A DNA stretch of 64,000 bases, from contig CATNEN010000003.1 in NCBI GenBank assembly GCA_950097015.1, forward strand, positions 15,190,001 to 15,254,000, written 5' to 3'. Source of the DNA: Macrostomum hystrix (Eukaryota; Animalia; Platyhelminthes). Position numbers and translations under genes: made by a program. The notes beneath the pieces are model-generated. The model was given only the letters and a program-made list of their open reading frames with translations, searched no databases and was not told where the DNA came from. Below, one piece after another: positions 47,193 through 64,000 of this stretch. Position 1 is the stretch's first letter, and every line of letters starts with the position of its first letter.

Positions 47193-47735
47193 TGCTGCAC
47201 CCGAACGGAGCAACGCAAGCACACGAAACTCAAGAACACGGACCTAATTTTTGTTGCGCATCTTCTGAAACAAGAATCAAGTCGCCAGCTCTTCAGACCG
47301 TCGAGATATTCAATGTTTCTGGCCGAAGGTCAGATTTTTCTCATAAGCGCTAGTGTATTTCATACGCCCCTATACACGAATTGGCACTGCGCCTCAGTGC
47401 GGCCTTGGCAGGCCTTCAAAATTTATCATCATGTCACCCGAATGTGCCTGCATCATCTCCGTCTTCGGTGGTCACCTACCTTTATCTAGACGGACTGCTG
47501 GACCTTCAAGGGCTACAACAGGTGGAACTAGGCCACTCTGGACACCCTGACGCGAATTTCTCCAATTTCACAGATCAATCCTAAATATTAGGCGCAGCTC
47601 AACCACAGGACACCATCGCCTAGTCTGTCAACCAACGAGTCACCACCCAACGCTGTTAAAAAATTTTTCGGGGGGGAGAATTCTGCCCCCTTGTTATAAC
47701 AAAGAGCGGCAAAATGGCTTGGTAGTCCTACTGTT
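47193..47735. mobile_element. Dispersed repeat family B, copy 2
   Basis: Near-identical to 22234-22768. Confidence 0.85.
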
Positions 47736-47877
47736 GCGCATTAACCAAAGTATAAAAAAAACATTTGTTTGACAAATAACATCTACAAATATAATTAAGG
47801 AGTAAAAATATAATTCAGAAAAAATTCAGAACCGAACACCACCAAGTTAGTAGCAATTACTCATTTGGAAGCAGTTT

Positions 47878-58817
<10,940 letters not shown>

Positions 58818-59505
58818 AGTTATTTACTGTTTCAACTGTACCACATTGAGAACTGTGATGAAGGGTTAGATTTTGACGATTATGTTAGAGTATTTCGTCG
58901 AAAATACGGTATTTAAATTTACTATATCTTAATACGCAATAAGAAAACACTGTATAAACGCAGTTATATATGAATGAGAGCCTCTATTCGTTTAAATTTA
59001 GTTATTGCAATGTTTTAGTTAGTTTATTTAAATACAATACATGCTGATCATAATGCCTTCTTAATATCCCGCATGTCGCCCCAATATCAGAGGCTCTTAA
59101 GCTGGCATGGAACGGCGTCGCGACTTGCTTGGTGGTGAAATCATCGATCAGCCTGCGCATCAGATTGGCCCACGGCAGTTGGACGGGCATCTCAACACTG
59201 GCAAACAAAGCTGCCGTCTCACAGTGATCCGCTCCTGCAGTCCGCCTGCACATGGCCCAAACGCCTGCAGTCGTTGTCATAGCTGCTAGAGTCCCTACTG
59301 CTATGGGTGCGTAGCATGGAAAAGAAACGGTAGGTATAGAAAAGCTGCCTTTTAGGGTGGCCTAGACGGTATTGATAGCCATGCAGGCGGTGCGAACGTA
59401 CGGCGCTGCAATCGGCCCCACGCATCCGTCAAAGCCGATCCAGAAGCCGCGTAGCTTCCCTAGGCGCCAATAATGCAAAATAATGCATTTAGCAATGCAT
59501 GAATA

Positions 59506-59930
59506 ATGCATTGTAATGTATTAATAATACATTATAATCTATTAATAATACATTATAATCCATTAATAATACATTATAATCTATTAATAATACATTATAA
59601 TCTATTAATAATACATTATAATCTATTAATAATACATTATAATCTATTAATAATACATTATAATCTATTAATAATACATTATAATCTATTAATAATACAT
59701 TATAATCTATTAATAATACATTATAATCTATTAATAATACATTATAATCTATTAATAATACATTATAATCTATTAATAATACATTATAATCTATTAATAA
59801 TACATTATAATCTATTAATAATACATTATAATCTATTAATAATGCATTATAATATATTGTAGTGCATTATAATCTAGCAATAATGCATTATAATCTATAA
59901 ATAATCCATTATAATCAATGCATTATAATT
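59506..59930. repeat. AT-rich 21-bp minisatellite TAATAATACATTATAATCTAT
   Basis: ~16 near-perfect copies plus degenerate flanks. Confidence 0.95.
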
Positions 59931-61087
59931 TTTATCGAAAGGCGGAATTGTTTAGGCCACTTACTTACAAGAAGCTTGACTTCAATTTCAAGGGTCTAGT
60001 GTCAAGTGCATGCCTAAATACATATGCAAGCTTCTAACCGTCTTTGCTAATAATTGTACTTAGCTTGTCAGTTACGTAAATCCCATGTCAGAGCATTACA
60101 CTAGATATTAAAATTCAGATATTTATGCCTAGACATGCACTTCTAAATAATATAAAACATATGAAAAAGAACCGGATCATTCTACTTCCATCTATACATG
60201 TTTAGTTCAGCAGACTATGATGCTGGAGGACACAAAATCAGTGATTAACAGTGATATGTTTGTTGGCACTTATTCATGTATAATTGTATATAATATAATA
60301 TTATTGTGATTATATAAATACATTAATGTGATTATCATTGAAGAGAAAATTAAAAAAAGTTCAATCAAAATGAATATTACACATAAAAGCAACTAGCGCT
60401 TGCATGGGAAAACCTGATTACTTCAGTAATCATTGCTGCCAAGAGTCACATTTGCATAAAGTGAAAATGCAGTCACTGATGCTAAATTGCAAGTGTAAGC
60501 AGCTTAGACAAAGTTAGTTTACAACGATTGTACATCGCATGGTTTCAATATATAGAAATTTGAGGAAATTATGAGAATTTATAGAACATGTAGCACAAAA
60601 TTTCCTTTACTTAAGTAAACAGGCAATTTAAAACATTTTTTTCTATGATTCAGCTGCTAAAGCAACAAAGGACCAACGGAAAAATTAACTTAAAATAACT
60701 ATACACGCAAAAAGTAAATGCAGCCTGATTGCACGAAGCAGTTAAGAATGAACGTATACGCTTGCAGAATATTTCAGGAATATTTCAGCCCTGAAACAAA
60801 ATGCATAAAAAGGACAACGAAAGTAGCACATGAGCGCATGGAAGGATTTTGAGTATCAACACATTTTTTTCTCTGAATATACAGAAAAATGCACGTGAAA
60901 ACAGAGCACCTAAATAAATTGCATGATTAGCAATATATAAAAATAGCCTGATATTAGAGTACGAGATGATCGCAGAACAGACACATGGACTTCAATTGAT
61001 AATTGAGATATTTGAGAAATTGAGTATTGTGAGCGAATGCAGAAAAATAGGACCGGAGAAATAAAGAAACAGTCTTCAATGCACCAC

Positions 61088-63589
61088 CTAGTCATGCTCG
61101 CTCTCTTCCAACATAGGTACCAGAGAAAAAAAACTACCTACACCACGCAGATGATTGAGATCAATCTTTATGCAGCGCGACTGAATCATTGAAGACGGAA
61201 ACCATTCAATCCCATCATTGCGGGCATTTCTGTTGAACATTTCGTAGCGCAGCGACGGCTTGGAACGAGCTGCTGCTAGAACTGGCCGAGTAAACAGCGG
61301 GAAGAGGACACTTTGAAGCGTTCCCACTGAGTCTAGTATTGATCCTAGAAAACTCTGGCCACCTGGACAGACTTCCCTGATCAGAGAAAAGCGACCATCC
61401 TTCAGGTAGACGAACGAGGAGCATGTCTTGAAGTTGGTCTCGTGCCCATGTGCGAAGACTGCTTGTCCATTTACCACTATGCAGTCCCTTGGTAGCGATG
61501 TATCAGCGATTGCAGATGTAAATGCCTCGTAAGCGGTGAATTCAGAGTGTTGAAAGGAATTAACCAATGAACTGTACCAAAAAAAACGCTCGGCAATCTG
61601 CTCGGCTTGATAGCGAGTACCAGAAAACATGTGCTTGAAATGCAGCATCGCACCTTCGAATGGAAACATTGAGTAAGAAGATATTGGTCCAAACTCGCGG
61701 CACTGATTCCCCATGTGCTCCAACAGATGGAAGTTCAATCGATGTACCTCCTCTGAAAAGACTTCAGCTGCACTCTCCATGAAAGCAGTGGTGAGCAACT
61801 GAACCTGCTCAAATCCGGCATTGCTGTACATGAAATGGTAGACTGCGATTAGGCAGAAAATGAGCTCCCGGTGTAAACCATTCTGTTGAGCCAGCAGCAA
61901 AGGAATCCACAAGTACAGGGAAAACAACTTAAAATCCTTCGCCTTCCAGAGACTCAATCTTGCCAGGGTAGGCGGCCGATGAATTCCATGTGGAAACTTT
62001 AGATTTTCAAGCAATGAATCAACAACTTCGCGAACAGAACGACCGATGAAAAACTCCTCGTGGCGGTTCTTGCCGTCAGTTGACATTGTTAGCAGAAGCT
62101 TGACCTGGCCCTCGAAAAATGCATGCATTCCGTCAATTATGAAGTTTGCTGGGAAACTGATACGCTTACACAGCGGTGACACTCCAGTTACGCCAAAAAT
62201 GCTCTTTAGGCCCGACTGTTCAAGGAAGCGCACACATTCGAGATGAAATGCAGTTGTTCGGAGCGGACACTGGGAATTTGGGGCAAACACCCAGAGCCCA
62301 GTTCGCAGACTTTTGCCAGGGTTGAGGCACTTAGGACAGGAGAATTCTCCATTGAACTGCTTTATGCAGAACAGTGAGGCGAGAGCTGGGAGATCACTTA
62401 CAATGAAAGAGAAATGCAGGTGCACTGAAAATCTGCCATATTCAACCAGTGTAGGCAGCTTGTTGAGAATTGCAGGCAGACATTGGCGAAAGTTGGGCTT
62501 CTGTTTAGCGGAAACCAGTGCAAGCAAAATGATGTTTCGAAACAATTTCCTCTTGCCAGGAGGAAGATTCAGAAGGATTGCTGTCAGAGGCCATATCTGC
62601 ACGTCAGAATTTTCCCAAAATGAAGCTCCATCTGCATTAAGCAAAAAATACATGTGTAGGTTAGTACCAGAGCTTCGCTCGAGGTTTTCTGCTACATCGG
62701 AGTTAAGGACATCAGTGTACATGCCACTGCTCATCTCGCGCTCGTACTCCAAAAGCACCTCCAACTGTGAGTCCAAGATGTTCTCGATCTGGCCTTGCAC
62801 ATTCGTAATCACGACGGTAGTGGCCAAGTCTTCATGTTCACGGCAGCCAGCCTTTTCACAAACCAGACACAGACGAGCAGAGGTAAATGAATGACAGAAG
62901 AAATTTTTCACTCGCGTTTTCATTTGCTTTGCAGACTTTGGCAAATTTCTATCCGGAATGTGGCTTAGGAGGAGGAGTAGTCGATTCATAGCAGCATCGC
63001 TACAGTTCTCGTTAAGCTGCCACAGCCGCAAAAGAGAAGCAACGGTGCACTCGTCTTCAAGTGAATGCTGCAGAATGAGATGCCTCTCTTGAAAAACAGA
63101 GAGTGGCAGGAGTGGCTCTGCTGCTCCTTGGGCTGACACCGTTGAATGCAATCGTTGAGATGTCATTGGCACTGAGGCACCAGCAGACGCATGGTCAGAT
63201 GACGACGACGATGACGACAGGGCCGATCCTGTCGCCGATGACACAGAGGCACTGGCCGATCCTGTCGCCGATGACACAGAGGCCCTGGCCGATCCTGTCG
63301 CCGATGACACAGAGGCACTGGCCGATCCTGTCGCCGATGACACAGAGGCACTGGCCGATCCTGTCGCCGATGACACAGAGGCACTAGCCGATCCTGTCGC
63401 CGATGACACAGAGGCACTAGCCGATCCTGTCGCCGATGACACAGAGGCACTAGCCGATCCTGTCGCCGATGACACAGAGGCACTAGCCGATCCTGTTGCC
63501 GATGACACAGAGGCACTGGCCGATCCTGTCGCCGATGACACAGAGGCACTGGCCGATCCTGTCGCCGATGTCTTCTGGATGTGCTGCAT
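61088..63589 (-). mobile_element. EnSpm/CACTA-superfamily (CMC) transposase, uninterrupted ~833-aa ORF
   Basis: LNADG...IWP...NLPP..R...NIIL, DLPA...FNG..SCPKC, DGMH..FEG, WKAKDFK, NFHLLEH...FGP...SMFPFEG. ATG in GCCACCATG context just after a splice acceptor. Element termini not identified in the window. Confidence 0.85.
63217..63571 (-). repeat. Coding 33-bp tandem repeat (SATGSASASVS)n in the transposase N-terminus
   Basis: ~11 near-identical in-frame copies. Confidence 0.93.
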
Positions 63590-64000
63590 GGTGGCTGCTG
63601 CAGAGTAAGAAAAGTAGCATTTGTACATACATTTACTATTCATTTAACACCCATCACTACTTTCAGTCAACACTTGCTCTCAATATACAATGCAGGCGAT
63701 TTAGAATACATGTCATTGCCATCTTTTATACAGTGCTATCGCAGTAGCTATATACAATGGCCGACACTTATGTGAACTGAAGACTGAAGAAAAATTCTTT
63801 TCCTTACTATAAACTCTATATACTTAAGTAAAGGATTTAAATCAGACATTTATGTGCAAAGGCCCAAAATAGTTTGCATCAGTTATCTTATCCATGCTGA
63901 CTCTGCAGTTATGATCATGTGCATCCCTTGATATTTCTCATATCTAACCAGAGAAGTATAGATGAGCAGCCCTATTAGTAACTGCCATTGTTATGTTGAC

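Overview
Eukaryotic (animal) genomic DNA: GT-AG introns, GC-rich exons in AT-rich spacer, and dense minisatellites and SINEs. The style is consistent with a free-living flatworm such as Macrostomum (inference, not verified). Genes rebuilt by hand from splice sites and reading frames: (1) a ~25-exon DUF4062-NACHT-WD40 (NWD1/NWD2-like) gene, 2.6-19.0 kb (+); (2) a secreted PAN/Apple-domain protein; (3) a head-to-head pair of paralogous DEG/ENaC/ASIC channel genes; (4) an intronless secreted two-domain protein nested on the SAME strand inside one channel intron; (5) an intronless 4-TM protein; (6) PCYT2 (-) with an antisense intronless class A GPCR nested in intron 3; (7) an apparently intact EnSpm/CACTA-type transposase. 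Mobile DNA includes a three-level nest of IS630/Tc1-like (DD33E) and P-type (8-bp TSD, THAP) elements, a mariner remnant, a 5'-truncated LINE with TSD, several tRNA-derived SINEs, Helentron/HINE-like repeats and a MULE-type MITE. Most large introns carry their own private minisatellite. There are several candidate microexons and possibly an unannotated micro-exon gene at 41.6-45.5 kb. I found no rRNA, true tRNA or CRISPR. All coordinates were read by eye; repeat borders are approximate.
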